Shown one piece after another: positions 39,478-50,637 of a stretch of DNA of 64,000 nt (its first letter is position 1; each line of letters starts with the position of its first letter). The DNA is from a bacterium (lineage in GTDB: Bacteria > Patescibacteriota > Minisyncoccia > Portnoybacterales > GWB1-42-6). The notes below the pieces were generated by a model. It saw nothing but the letters and a program-made list of their open reading frames with translations, did no database searches and had not been told where the DNA came from. The position numbers and the translations under genes are program-made. Location: the NCBI GenBank assembly GCA_043800535.1, contig JAZDMV010000002.1:11378-75377 (forward strand). The letters run 5' to 3'.

Positions 39478-39603
39478 ATCATTGCGAGCAAAGCGAAACA
39501 ATCCCGTAGTTTTTGCTACATGCCACGGAATTGTCTCCCTTCGGGGGATCTCTCGAAGGGAGACCGCGTCGCCCCGATTAAGTCGGGACTCCTCGCAATG
39601 ACG
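39478..39603. repeat. palindromic element family A copy 4 (tcattgcgagcaaagcg...ctcctcgcaatgacg) upstream of pheS
   Basis: Complete terminal inverted repeats. Internal ggagaccgcg/gtctccc hairpin shared with copy 3. Confidence 0.65.
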
Positions 39604-39728
39604 CAAAAAGCTTTAAATTCTTACCTTCATTTTAACCTGTTTTAACGCAAATTGCAACCCCAAAAAGTGGATAAAAACAAATAAAAATACGGCTAGAAAA
39701 CCGTAATCCGTACCCTCCTTAAAAACGG

Positions 39729-40103
39729 CTATTCTGACTTCCGCAGAGCGAAAAATTCAGCCGCTAAAACCAGCACCAGCAAAACCAAGCTGCTTTCCCA
39801 CCAAAAAATACGGTATGTGCGCAAAAAAAGCGAACCGGCCAGAAGCAACGAAAGAAGCGTCCCTTGCCTGAAAGAAATACCCAAAAATCCCGAATGGCTA
39901 TGACTTCTGTACTTTTTTACGCGGGCCAAAAATCCAAATAAGCTAAAAAAACCGGCCAGGCCGATAAACAAACTGAAAAACAAAAGGCCAAGCACAAAAG
40001 CATCGGCGGCTTCGGGCGAAAAAAATCCTACTATTAGAAAAAAAGACGCCAGTGCCAGAACCGTAGTGAAAATGATGCCGGCAAGATAAAGTTTAAGGGT
40101 CAT
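39729..40103 (-). CDS. hypothetical integral membrane protein (4 TM)
   Basis: Highly hydrophobic 124-aa ORF. Confidence 0.5.
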   Translation of the reverse strand: MTLKLYLAGIIFTTVLALASFFLIVGFFSPEAADAFVLGLLFFSLFIGLAGFFSLFGFLARVKKYRSHSHSGFLGISFRQGTLLSLLLAGSLFLRTYRIFWWESSLVLLVLVLAAEFFALRKSE

Positions 40104-40169
40104 ATGTATATTTTACAAAATAACTGACATATTTACAACCAGACTACGCAAACAAGAGCTTGCTTAATC

Positions 40170-40199
40170 ACGACTTTTAATGTAGAATACAGGAGTATT
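40170..40199 (+). promoter_or_regulatory. sigma70-like promoter TTGCTT-17-TAGAAT for the tRNA cluster
   Basis: ttgcttaatcacgacttttaatgtagaat. Predicted transcript start is near the start of the 40196-40300 element. Confidence 0.45.
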
Positions 40200-40300
40200 T
40201 ATCGCGGGGTAGATCCCGTAAATCCGCCAGGCGAATCATGGGATTTATTACCAAAGCGTAATGCGCGACTTATGTCGCGTGATGAGCGTAGCGAATTATA
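40196..40300 (+). ncRNA. GC-rich leader element related to the dnaE-start insert; possible small RNA or precursor leader
   Basis: cgcggggtagatcccgtaaatccgcc...gcgtaatgcgcgacttatgtcgcg hairpins. Its 5' end mimics the tRNA acceptor 5' strand gcggggtag. Confidence 0.3.
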
Positions 40301-40306
40301 CGCGAC

Positions 40307-40378
40307 GCGGGGTAGAGAAGAAGTATCTCGGGGGTCTCATAAGCCCCAGACCCCGGTGCAATTCCGGGCCCCGCAACA
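40307..40378 (+). tRNA. tRNA-like sequence, anticodon CAT, atypical (3-bp D stem, no GG, T-loop tgcaatt); possible pseudo-tRNA or unusual tRNA-Met
   Basis: Acceptor gcgggg/ccccgc. Anticodon stem ggggt/gcccc with loop ctCATaa. T stem cccgg/ccggg. Confidence 0.4.
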
Positions 40379-40451
40379 CTTTTGATCTGAAAAAACGCCG
40401 ATGGTTAAATGGTGACAGTGTTTAATTTTGGCGTTATATTTATTTTAGCGA

Positions 40452-40524
40452 GGCGGGGTAGCTCAACTGGTAGAGCGTGGGACTCATAAGCCCAAGGTCG
40501 TGGGTTCAACCCCCACCCCCGCTA
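40452..40524 (+). tRNA. tRNA-Met (CAT; could be Ile2/lysidine type)
   Basis: Clover-leaf: ggcgggg/ccccgct acceptor; gctc-aactggta-gagc D arm; loop ctCATaa; T arm gtggg-ttcaacc-cccac. CCA not encoded. Confidence 0.75.
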
Positions 40525-40539
40525 CAATAAGTCATTTAT

Positions 40540-40615
40540 GGACCGTTAGTGTATCCTTGTCTAACACGTCTCCGTGTCACGTAGAAGAGCGCGGGTTCAA
40601 TTCCCGCACGGTCCG
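40540..40615 (+). tRNA. tRNA-Asp (GTC), one anticodon-stem mismatch
   Basis: ggaccgt/acggtcc acceptor; T arm gcggg-ttcaatt-cccgc; anticodon loop gtGTCac. Confidence 0.6.
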
Positions 40616-40626
40616 CAATAGTTTGG

Positions 40627-41370
40627 ATGCAAAAAAATTCCAATAAAGTAATCTTTTTTGATTTATACCAAACTCTTCTTGACGTTGAACTAAGTATCAA
40701 TAATCCAAACCACGAAATCGAGGGGTGGAATATTTTTGCAAAAACTTTACTCAAATATGGTAAGGAAATTAACGGCTTGGACTTTCAAAAACTATACATC
40801 AAGACACGAGATGATTTTTATTCCAAAAAAAGTAAGAAAATTTATCACCACAATTTATTTGAGATAACGTCTAAAGTTTTGGAAGAAGATTTGGGACTAG
40901 AGCTTTCGAAAGAAGAAATAACGGAGCTGATTTATATTCATCGCAAAGCGAGCCGCGGCCATCTTCGTTTGTACCCTGGTGTTTTTGATACGCTCTCTCG
41001 TCTTTCGGAAGGATACATATTATCAACAGCCAGCCATACGCAAGGTTCATTTACGCAGCTTGAGCTACGCGAATTAAATATTGAACAATTCTTCTCTTAC
41101 TTTGTGTACAGTTCAGATATTGGATTTCGCAAAGAATCTACAGAGTTTTATAAGCGCGCCCTGGAGATTGTTGGGAAGAAAGCGGTTGATTGTGTGATGG
41201 TAGGAGACAACTACGACGTGGATGTGCTTGTGCCGCAACAATTGGGTATTCGCACAATCTGGATAAAAAATCCCAATACCGCTGATAGATATCTAATAAA
41301 AAAAGAACCTCCGAACACTCTCAGTCTTGATAGTTTCGAAGATCTATCGAAGTTGATTGAAAGAATTTAG
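40627..41370 (+). CDS. HAD-superfamily hydrolase
   Basis: VIFFDLYQTLLDV motif I and MVGDNYDVDV motif IV. Noticeably AT-richer than its neighbours. Confidence 0.65.
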   Translation: MQKNSNKVIFFDLYQTLLDVELSINNPNHEIEGWNIFAKTLLKYGKEINGLDFQKLYIKTRDDFYSKKSKKIYHHNLFEITSKVLEEDLGLELSKEEITELIYIHRKASRGHLRLYPGVFDTLSRLSEGYILSTASHTQGSFTQLELRELNIEQFFSYFVYSSDIGFRKESTEFYKRALEIVGKKAVDCVMVGDNYDVDVLVPQQLGIRTIWIKNPNTADRYLIKKEPPNTLSLDSFEDLSKLIERI

Positions 41371-41606
41371 ATGTGACCGTAGCCGCCCTTTCTATTTTTT
41401 GCAAGGCTGGCTATTCATTAAAAAATAATCTAATCTTTGAATATCAGCTCCGAAACCATTAATAACGGCTTGCCAATCCATAGTTCTAAAGTCATTGCGC
41501 AAGCCCCGCCAAATTTGAAACACCCCGCATAGGGTGTTTTTAGTCAATTGTGCAAAAGTTAGCTTCACGCTTTCTCGCCTATCTGTTAGAATAGAGCCAG
41601 GAGAAT

Positions 41607-44063
41607 ATGTTTATCATTGACTATTTTTTGTGGCACTATCTGCAGGCGCCCAAGAGAATCTTACAGATCTGGGGCAATTTTTTGCGTTTTTTTATTTTCT
41701 ATTTTATTCCCGTTCCCCAGCTTCTGCGCACCCTCCTCTCTCCCTGGAAACGCGATGTCACCGGCTACGGTAAGGGATTTGATTTCAAAAAATTCTTTGA
41801 GACCTTCGCCTTTAACCTAGTCAGTCGATTTCTTGGCGCTGTTGTCAGAACAATAGTGATAGCGCTGGCGCTGGTTTTGGAAATTTTCGCCGTTGCCGGC
41901 GGTTTTTTATTTCTGCTCTTCTGGCTTTTCTGGCCGTTTTTCCTTGTGGGGTCGCTTGTCTATACTATATATCTTCTTTTCCAGCCCGGCATGGCAAAAA
42001 TTGCCAGCATCGGGCTGGTTGGCTTTGACATCGCGACTATTTTTGTCTTTTTGCTTTTTTACCGCATCGCCAAACAAAGAGCGCCAAGCGAGCTTTCTTT
42101 AAAAGAAATTTTTGAACAACCCTGGGCAGATATCGTCTGCGAGCGGCTCGGCCTGCAAAAGCAGCAGATACCCCAGAATGTTCTGCAGGAGCCGGAAAAG
42201 TTTTTGGACGAATTTTTGAAACAAATTTCTCTTCCAAAAAAAGATTTTTCAACGTTTCTTGAATGGCAGATAATGACCCAAGACGAAATTCAGCGCAAAA
42301 AAAGATTCTGGGAAAAAGAAAATCTTTTTAATTCAGGCGGCATCGGCCGCTCCTGGATATACGGCTGGACAAATACGCTTGACCAATTCTCACATCCACT
42401 GCAGGAATTTCGCGGCTCTCTGCATCTCGTCGGCCGGCAAAATGAATTAAAAGCAATGGAAAGGATTTTATGCAAGCAGCAGCAGAGCAACGTTTTAATT
42501 GTCGGCGAGCCTGGTGTCGGCAAAATGACGTTCGTGCGCCAATTCGCAAAACTTATCAGCGAAGGCAAAATTGCTTCTCCTCTGGCTTTTCGACGCGTTA
42601 TTGAAGTTGACCTGAACAGCGCCCTGTCCGGCCTGACTAGCGCCGGACAAATTGAAGAGCGGTTAATCCGCCTTTTTAACGAGGCAGCCGCGGCCGGCAA
42701 TGTAATTTTAATCGTTAATGATTTTCATAATTTCGTCTCTGAAGAACGCAATATCTCCCCCATTCTGACTCCGTTCATTGAGGGCTCGTATTTTCAGCTC
42801 ATTGCCCTGACCACCTATCAAAATCTGCATGAGGAAATAGAAAAAAATCCCGGCCTGCTCAAATTTTTTGAAAAAATAGAAATAAAGGAACCCGGCTTAG
42901 ACGAAACATTTTTAATAATGCTGGATAATATGATTGACCTTGAAAAAAGAGCCGGCCGGAGAATAACCCTGCAGGCGTTAAAGGAAGTTATAAAAACCTC
43001 AGACCAATATATTTCCGACGTGCCGATGCCAGAAAAAGCCATGGACCTGCTTGAGGAAACAACGCTTTATGTGGCCGGCAGCACCAAAGAATATTTTGTT
43101 TCACCCGCTCATGTTGATCTGGTTATTTCGCAAAAAACAGAGATCCCTGTCGGCCAGTTGCAGGCCGCAGAAAAGGAAAAACTGCTTAATCTGGAAGAAT
43201 TTATCCACGCGCGAGTGGTCGGGCAGGATATCGCTGTCAAAGAAATTGCCTCGGCCATGCGGCGCGCCCGGCTTGAAGTTGCTTCCAAAAACAGGCCAAT
43301 GGGCAGTTTCTTATTTCTTGGTCCCACGGGAGTCGGCAAAACCGAAACCGCCAAAGCACTGGCCGAAGCGTATTTTGGTTCAGACACCCGCATGCTGCGC
43401 TTTGATATGTCAGAATACCAGGGCGCTGCGGCCACTGAGCGGATACTCGGCTCGGCCTTAACAGAGGCGCCGGGCATTTTGACAACCGCCGTGCGCGAAA
43501 ATCCTTTTTCGCTCCTTCTGCTGGACGAAATAGAAAAAGCAGACACAAATGTGCTCAATTTATTTTTGCAGGTTCTTGATGAGGGCTGGCTGACCGATGC
43601 TTTCGGCCGCAAGGTTAATTTCCGCAATTTAATTATTATCGCCACCTCCAACGCCGCCACCGAGCTTATCCGCGAAACCGTCCAGCAGGGCAGCGACCCG
43701 AATTCCAGCAAACAAAAAATCCTTGACTACATACAGCAGCAAGGAATTTTCAAACCGGAGTTTTTGAATCGTTTTGACGGAGTCGTGCTGTTCCATCCGC
43801 TTTCACAGGAAGATATTTTAAAAATCGCCCGGCTGCAGCTGGATGCCTTAGCCAAGCGTCTGGCAACCCAGGAAATTATTTTTAATTCCGGCGAAGCGCT
43901 TGCTGAAAAAATTGCCCGGCTGGGATACGACCCGAATTTTGGCGCCCGCGCCATGAAAAGAGTTATCCAGGATAAAATCGAAGACCTTATCGCCAAAAAA
44001 ATGCTTAAAGGGGAAATACAGAAACAAGTGCCGTTTGAGATAAAATCTGAAGAAATAGATTAG
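41607..44063 (+). CDS. Clp/Hsp100-family AAA+ protein with N-terminal transmembrane domain and degenerate first ATPase module
   Basis: N-terminal about 170 aa has 4 TM helices. NBD1 Walker A is GEPGVGKMT and Walker B is LIVNDFH (DE lost). NBD2 is canonical (GPTGVGKTETAKALA, LLLLDEIEKA, sensor GARAMKR). Confidence 0.75.
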   Translation: MFIIDYFLWHYLQAPKRILQIWGNFLRFFIFYFIPVPQLLRTLLSPWKRDVTGYGKGFDFKKFFETFAFNLVSRFLGAVVRTIVIALALVLEIFAVAGGFLFLLFWLFWPFFLVGSLVYTIYLLFQPGMAKIASIGLVGFDIATIFVFLLFYRIAKQRAPSELSLKEIFEQPWADIVCERLGLQKQQIPQNVLQEPEKFLDEFLKQISLPKKDFSTFLEWQIMTQDEIQRKKRFWEKENLFNSGGIGRSWIYGWTNTLDQFSHPLQEFRGSLHLVGRQNELKAMERILCKQQQSNVLIVGEPGVGKMTFVRQFAKLISEGKIASPLAFRRVIEVDLNSALSGLTSAGQIEERLIRLFNEAAAAGNVILIVNDFHNFVSEERNISPILTPFIEGSYFQLIALTTYQNLHEEIEKNPGLLKFFEKIEIKEPGLDETFLIMLDNMIDLEKRAGRRITLQALKEVIKTSDQYISDVPMPEKAMDLLEETTLYVAGSTKEYFVSPAHVDLVISQKTEIPVGQLQAAEKEKLLNLEEFIHARVVGQDIAVKEIASAMRRARLEVASKNRPMGSFLFLGPTGVGKTETAKALAEAYFGSDTRMLRFDMSEYQGAAATERILGSALTEAPGILTTAVRENPFSLLLLDEIEKADTNVLNLFLQVLDEGWLTDAFGRKVNFRNLIIIATSNAATELIRETVQQGSDPNSSKQKILDYIQQQGIFKPEFLNRFDGVVLFHPLSQEDILKIARLQLDALAKRLATQEIIFNSGEALAEKIARLGYDPNFGARAMKRVIQDKIEDLIAKKMLKGEIQKQVPFEIKSEEID

Positions 44064-44138
44064 AATAACCAATAACCAAGACACAATAATCAAACAGATT
44101 CCATTGGTTATTGTTTTTTGATTATTGGAGCTTTAAAA

Positions 44139-44161
44139 AAATCCGCTTTCGCGGATTTTTT
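44139..44161. terminator. bidirectional terminator atccgctttcgcggat with A/T runs
   Basis: Lies between convergent genes. Confidence 0.6.
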
Positions 44162-44682
44162 TAAATCATTTCCAGTTCCTTCAACGCCGCTTCGTAGGCC
44201 CTAACCGCGCTTTCAACCTGATATTTAATCACAATCGCATTTGATTGGTGGACTATCAAATCCCGCAGGCGGTGCGCGTCCTGCACGTCATCAAGTGCGT
44301 GCAGCTGTTGGGTGGTTAGCTTTTCCAGACGCTCGCCCAAATCTCTACCCTCAATGCCCATTCTTTTTAAAACATCTTCCAGCAAATTATCCGCCTCAAT
44401 CACGGCCAGCTTTAAATTCGCCTCGTCTTCCTTTTCCATGCGGTCCTTTATCCTCTGCCAGTCATGTTCCATGCGCTGGGGCAAATTTGGCTTGCGAAAC
44501 GAGTCAATTCCTTCCGATAGCCACCAGGTCGCCCGCGAGCGGGAAAGCAAAACAACTATAGACACCAAAAGGACGGTGCAGACAATTGATGAAGCCACTT
44601 TTATCCAAAGAATCGTATTCGCAAATCCTGTGGACTGAAAATAAGAGACCAAATTGTCATAAATATCCAAAAGATAATTCAT
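44161..44682 (-). CDS. hypothetical membrane-anchored protein
   Basis: One TM helix, then a coiled-coil-like charged region. Confidence 0.45.
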   Translation of the reverse strand: MNYLLDIYDNLVSYFQSTGFANTILWIKVASSIVCTVLLVSIVVLLSRSRATWWLSEGIDSFRKPNLPQRMEHDWQRIKDRMEKEDEANLKLAVIEADNLLEDVLKRMGIEGRDLGERLEKLTTQQLHALDDVQDAHRLRDLIVHQSNAIVIKYQVESAVRAYEAALKELEMI

Positions 44683-44706
44683 TATAGGGATATCTGACTT
44701 TAATTA

Positions 44707-46161
44707 CTAATTATGAGAACGCTCGTAGGCCAGCGCCGCCTCAAAAATTATTGGTTCGCCCGCATGCGGGCCGATAATCTGCAGGCCAACCGGCAAATTC
44801 CCGATCTTGCCGCAATTCATTGAAAGGGCCGGAACGCCTGCCAGATTTATTGATACCGTATAAATATCGGACAGATACATTTTTACCGGGTCGGCAATTT
44901 TTTCTCCAAATTTAAACGCGGGAGTGGGAGAAACCGGCGTCATAATAACATCCACATCTTTAAACGCGCTTTTAAAATCATTTTTTATCAATGTCCGCAC
45001 TTTCTGCGCTGCCAGATAATAAGCGTCATAATACCCGGCTGATAAGCTGTAAGTCCCGAGCATTATCCGACGCCTGACTTCATCGCCAAAACCGCGCTGC
45101 CGGCTTTTCAAATAAACACCCATCAGGTCGCTGGCAACTCCATCAACTTCGTTCATTGTTGAATATCCGTATTTTATGCCGTCAAACCGCGCCAGGTTCG
45201 CCGAAACCTCCGAAGCCATAATTATATAATAACATGCGAGAGCCAAATCCGAATGCGGCAAGCTTACTTCTTTTACTTTTGCGCCCATTTCCTGGAACCT
45301 GAAAATTGCCTGTTTGACCAGCCCTTCAACTTCTTCGTCAATACCTTGGGCAAAATATTCTTTGGGCATGCCGATCCTTAAGTCCTGAATCTTGAAACCT
45401 GCCCCTCGACTTCGCTCGGGGTAAAAATTAAAATCAACGCTTGTTGAGTCCAAGCTGTCTTTTCCTTTTATCGCGTCAAAAACCATCCTACAGTCTTCAA
45501 CCGTCTTGCCCAACGGCCCTATCTGGTCAAGCGACGAAGCCATCGCCATCAGGCCAAAACGAGAAACTGCGCCATAGGTCGGCTTGAGCCCAGCCACCCC
45601 GCAGAACGAAGCCGGATGACGGATCGAGCCGCCAGTGTCAGACCCAAGAGCATAAATTGTTTCTTCGGCCGCCACCGCCGCGGCCGAGCCGCCCGAAGAC
45701 CCCCCCGGGACGCGCGTCAAGTCGCAGGGATTTTTTGTCGGCCCGAAAGCGGAATTTTCGGTTGAAGAACCCATGGCAAACTCATCCATGTTTGTTTTTC
45801 CGACAAAAACCGCCCCTACTTCTTTCAGTTTTTTTATTACCGTCGCGTCATACGGCGCCACAAAATTCTCCAGAATCTTTGAAGCTGAAGTGCATTTAAG
45901 GCCTTTTGCCAACATGTTGTCTTTCACAGCCACGGGGATACCGGCCAGGTCATTCAAATCCTTGCCTTTACTTCTTGCTTCATCAATTTCTTTGGCCCGC
46001 GCCAGCGCCCCCTCTTCATCCAATGAGAGAAAAGCGTGGATATCCGCGTCTTTTTTCCTTATCTGCGCAAAAACCGCCTCGGTCAGCTCAGCGGAGGAAA
46101 ATTCTTTTTTCTTGAGACCTTCTGCGGCCTGCTTAATTGTCAGCTCGTTCAAGCTCAACAC
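44707..46161 (-). CDS. gatA: Glu-tRNA(Gln)/Asp-tRNA(Asn) amidotransferase subunit A
   Basis: Amidase signature GGSSGGSAAAVAA and catalytic region. Confidence 0.9.
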   Translation of the reverse strand: MLSLNELTIKQAAEGLKKKEFSSAELTEAVFAQIRKKDADIHAFLSLDEEGALARAKEIDEARSKGKDLNDLAGIPVAVKDNMLAKGLKCTSASKILENFVAPYDATVIKKLKEVGAVFVGKTNMDEFAMGSSTENSAFGPTKNPCDLTRVPGGSSGGSAAAVAAEETIYALGSDTGGSIRHPASFCGVAGLKPTYGAVSRFGLMAMASSLDQIGPLGKTVEDCRMVFDAIKGKDSLDSTSVDFNFYPERSRGAGFKIQDLRIGMPKEYFAQGIDEEVEGLVKQAIFRFQEMGAKVKEVSLPHSDLALACYYIIMASEVSANLARFDGIKYGYSTMNEVDGVASDLMGVYLKSRQRGFGDEVRRRIMLGTYSLSAGYYDAYYLAAQKVRTLIKNDFKSAFKDVDVIMTPVSPTPAFKFGEKIADPVKMYLSDIYTVSINLAGVPALSMNCGKIGNLPVGLQIIGPHAGEPIIFEAALAYERSHN

Positions 46162-46235
46162 TAAAGATTTAAGAATATAGATTTAAGATTTAAGAATAAA
46201 TTCATAATTCCTAAATCGTAAATCTTAAATCTAAA
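46162..46235. promoter_or_regulatory. AT-rich about 75-bp palindrome between gatC and gatA
   Basis: agatttaagatttaagaa ... ttcttaaatcttaaatct. Confidence 0.4.
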
Positions 46236-46523
46236 TTATTCCAGCACCCTCTTCACCTTTATATATCCTTTCTCCTTTGCCGGTGCGTTTTCCAAAATTT
46301 GTTTTCTTGCCTGTTCACCCTGACCTTCCATATTTATTTCGTCTTGCCGAAAAATATTAAAAACACCGGTCACCTGGGCCGTCGGCTCAACATTTTTTGT
46401 ATCTGCCTCTTTGAGCTTGGTCACAAAATCCAGAATGGAAGAAAGATCTTTGGCAAATTTTTTTTCCTCCTCTCCTGTTAAGCCCAGGCGCGCAAGCTTT
46501 GCGATATGTTTGACGTCGATCAT
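46236..46523 (-). CDS. gatC: amidotransferase subunit C
   Basis: MIDVKHIAKLARLGLTGEE. Confidence 0.8.
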   Translation of the reverse strand: MIDVKHIAKLARLGLTGEEEKKFAKDLSSILDFVTKLKEADTKNVEPTAQVTGVFNIFRQDEINMEGQGEQARKQILENAPAKEKGYIKVKRVLE

Positions 46524-46529
46524 TTTAGC

Positions 46530-46593
46530 GACGAGCGAATAGCGAATAGCGACTAGTAAAATTTTAAAATTACTAGTGGCTAGCCGTTAGTTG

Positions 46594-46595
<2 letters not shown>
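46530..46595. repeat. palindromic repeat family F (tagcgaatagcgactagt ... actagtggctag)
   Basis: Second copy at 9688-9730. Confidence 0.45.
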
Positions 46596-48720
<2,125 letters not shown>

Positions 48721-48926
48721 TTAGAGGACGGAACCCCGCACCGAATGCTTTGCACGAACTTTTCATCAACGGCTCGTGCCAGCAAAATTCTGATGCCTGG
48801 GTTAAAATTTACTCCGGTTTTACGAATTTTAATCTCAAATTCAAAAAGGCAGTGTGCGGACAACTGCCTTCATTATATGAGGTTCTTTGCACAAAATCAA
48901 TTTCTCCTGATGATATCGCCCCTGTT

Positions 48927-50114
48927 CTAATAATTAATAATTATCTGGCCATTGCCGGTTTGATAGCCGGAAGTATAAGTCGGATTTGAGCCAGAAATAG
49001 CCCAGCCTGAACCGCCGCCTCCGCCTCCTCCTCCTCCGCGGCCGCCGCCGCCTCCTCCGCCATAGTAACCCGCGCCTCCTCCTCCGCCGCCGCTGACATT
49101 ACTGACTGATACCATGCCCGGTCCGCCTGTGCCAAGAGAACCACCCGGTGACATACACACACCATAGTAATAGTTGCATCCCCCGGCTCCGCCGCTTGAT
49201 GCTGTGCCAGAACCGCCACCTGTAGCCAGCCAAGAATATGTTGGGTAAGTATTGCCATATTGATCATAAGCGCCAGCTCCGACGGTTCCGGAAGTTCCGC
49301 CACCGGCTCCGCCGTTGCCGCCGTTGTAATAATATAACTCGCCGGGACTATAAAGGCTACCGCCGCCTCCTCCTCCGCCAGCCGCCACTGCTACCCGATT
49401 TGTCAGCGCCGTTCCTCCTCGTCTAATATCGCTTGCACCTCCGCCGCCGCCGCCATAGGCACCATAAACATCGTTGCCTCCGCTTCCTCCATTATTGTAA
49501 CCGCCTGTATATCCGCTAGCGACCCCGCCGACATAAATATACAGAGTTTCCCCTGGTGTCGTGGAAATTGTTGCTTGAGTACGGCCGCCTCTTGCGCCTG
49601 TGCCGGGGGTAGCGCCAGCATAAGGAGAGTTAGCGTCATGGCCATTTGCGCCCTGCGCGCCTTTTACATCAACTGTAATAGAATTGACGTCAGCCGGCAC
49701 GATCCAGGTCTGCTGGCTGCCATTATAGTTAAAAGTAACAGTGCCAGTAGGAGGTGGAGATGGAAAATTTACTTCTATTTTCCGCCTGCTATTGGAGTAT
49801 GCACCCAAAGAATTAATGAAATTGCTTCCCCAGCTCACCTGATAGCTCGCTTTACTGTATGGCAAAAAAAACGAACCGCTTCCGCTGATAACCCCAACTT
49901 TATATTTCTGATAAAGCGAGTATTCAGCGCCCGCGTCAGCCGCGTAAAAAGCCGGGCCTGACTGCCTGACCGAATCAGAAATTTTAAGCTCGTTAAAAAA
50001 CACGCCCGAAAGGCCGACACCGATCAAAAGCGTAATGCTTAAAATCAGGAGCGTCAGTAAAATAGCAACCGCACCTTTCTGTCTCCCTGACTTTTTAAAA
50101 TCAGAAATGTTCAT
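48927..50114 (-). CDS. Gly-rich membrane-anchored protein of the pilus locus
   Basis: Start placed at MNISDF..., then one TM. C-terminal half is runs of GGxGG, with GGGGGGRGGGGGGGGGSG. Stop/start juxtaposed with the upstream pilin gene. Confidence 0.6.
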   Translation of the reverse strand: MNISDFKKSGRQKGAVAILLTLLILSITLLIGVGLSGVFFNELKISDSVRQSGPAFYAADAGAEYSLYQKYKVGVISGSGSFFLPYSKASYQVSWGSNFINSLGAYSNSRRKIEVNFPSPPPTGTVTFNYNGSQQTWIVPADVNSITVDVKGAQGANGHDANSPYAGATPGTGARGGRTQATISTTPGETLYIYVGGVASGYTGGYNNGGSGGNDVYGAYGGGGGGASDIRRGGTALTNRVAVAAGGGGGGGSLYSPGELYYYNGGNGGAGGGTSGTVGAGAYDQYGNTYPTYSWLATGGGSGTASSGGAGGCNYYYGVCMSPGGSLGTGGPGMVSVSNVSGGGGGGAGYYGGGGGGGRGGGGGGGGGSGWAISGSNPTYTSGYQTGNGQIIINY

Positions 50115-50115
50115 A

Positions 50116-50637
50116 TTATTGGTATATCCGATTAGTAATCGTGTCTTCAATCCACATTTCCGGCTGGGCCGTTGTTGAGGGATAAATATGCAGAACAACA
50201 GTCACCCGCGGCTGCTCACCCGCGCTGTTTCGAACATAAAACCTGCCATCAACTCTTATCTGGCTTGAGTTCAGCCGCGCGCTTGCCTGAACACTGCAGC
50301 TTGTTCCGATCTGACGGGTAATGGCTAGCCGTCCGTCCACCGTTGTAAAACAATAAACCACATCAACGTTATTTTGATTTTTTATTGATAAAACCGAGCT
50401 ATTGGCGCTGGTCGCGGTATAAATCTTGCTCATTCTTACTTCTTTGGCAATAACCTCCATGATGTAACGGGCGTCGTCTTGGAGATTCTGCGATAAAAAT
50501 CCCTGCCTCTGGTTTTTAAGCGCGGTTAGAAAAATAGACACTGCCATGGTCATCACGGTCAAAAATATAGCCAGCGCCACCAGCAGCTCAAGGAGGGTAA
50601 ACCCCCACACCATTGACTTGTGCCCGTGTCTTTGCAT
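50116..50637 (-). CDS. minor pilin / pseudopilin (prepilin-type)
   Basis: MQRHGHKSMVWGFTLLELLVALAIF. The ORF-track N-terminal 80 aa is a read-through of intergenic repeats. Confidence 0.7.
   Translation of the reverse strand: MQRHGHKSMVWGFTLLELLVALAIFLTVMTMAVSIFLTALKNQRQGFLSQNLQDDARYIMEVIAKEVRMSKIYTATSANSSVLSIKNQNNVDVVYCFTTVDGRLAITRQIGTSCSVQASARLNSSQIRVDGRFYVRNSAGEQPRVTVVLHIYPSTTAQPEMWIEDTITNRIYQ

Noticed and set aside
40196-40300. Possibility that the tRNA-operon leader element is SRP (4.5S) RNA, tmRNA or RNase P RNA
   Set aside because: It lacks the GGAA/AGCAGC SRP domain IV motif, the tmRNA tag frame and tRNA-like 3' end, and the conserved RNase P P4 sequences. It is better treated as a repeat or leader of unknown function.
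40536-40754. 72-aa minus-strand ORF
   Set aside because: It overlaps the tRNA-Asp gene and the 5' end of the HAD gene, so it is spurious.
48941-49645. Several antisense and alternative-frame ORFs inside the Gly-rich gene, plus other ORFs nested in tkt, dnaE, gyrB and pheT
   Set aside because: They arise from GC-rich repetitive codons (GGN/GCN) or lie wholly within well-supported genes in other frames.
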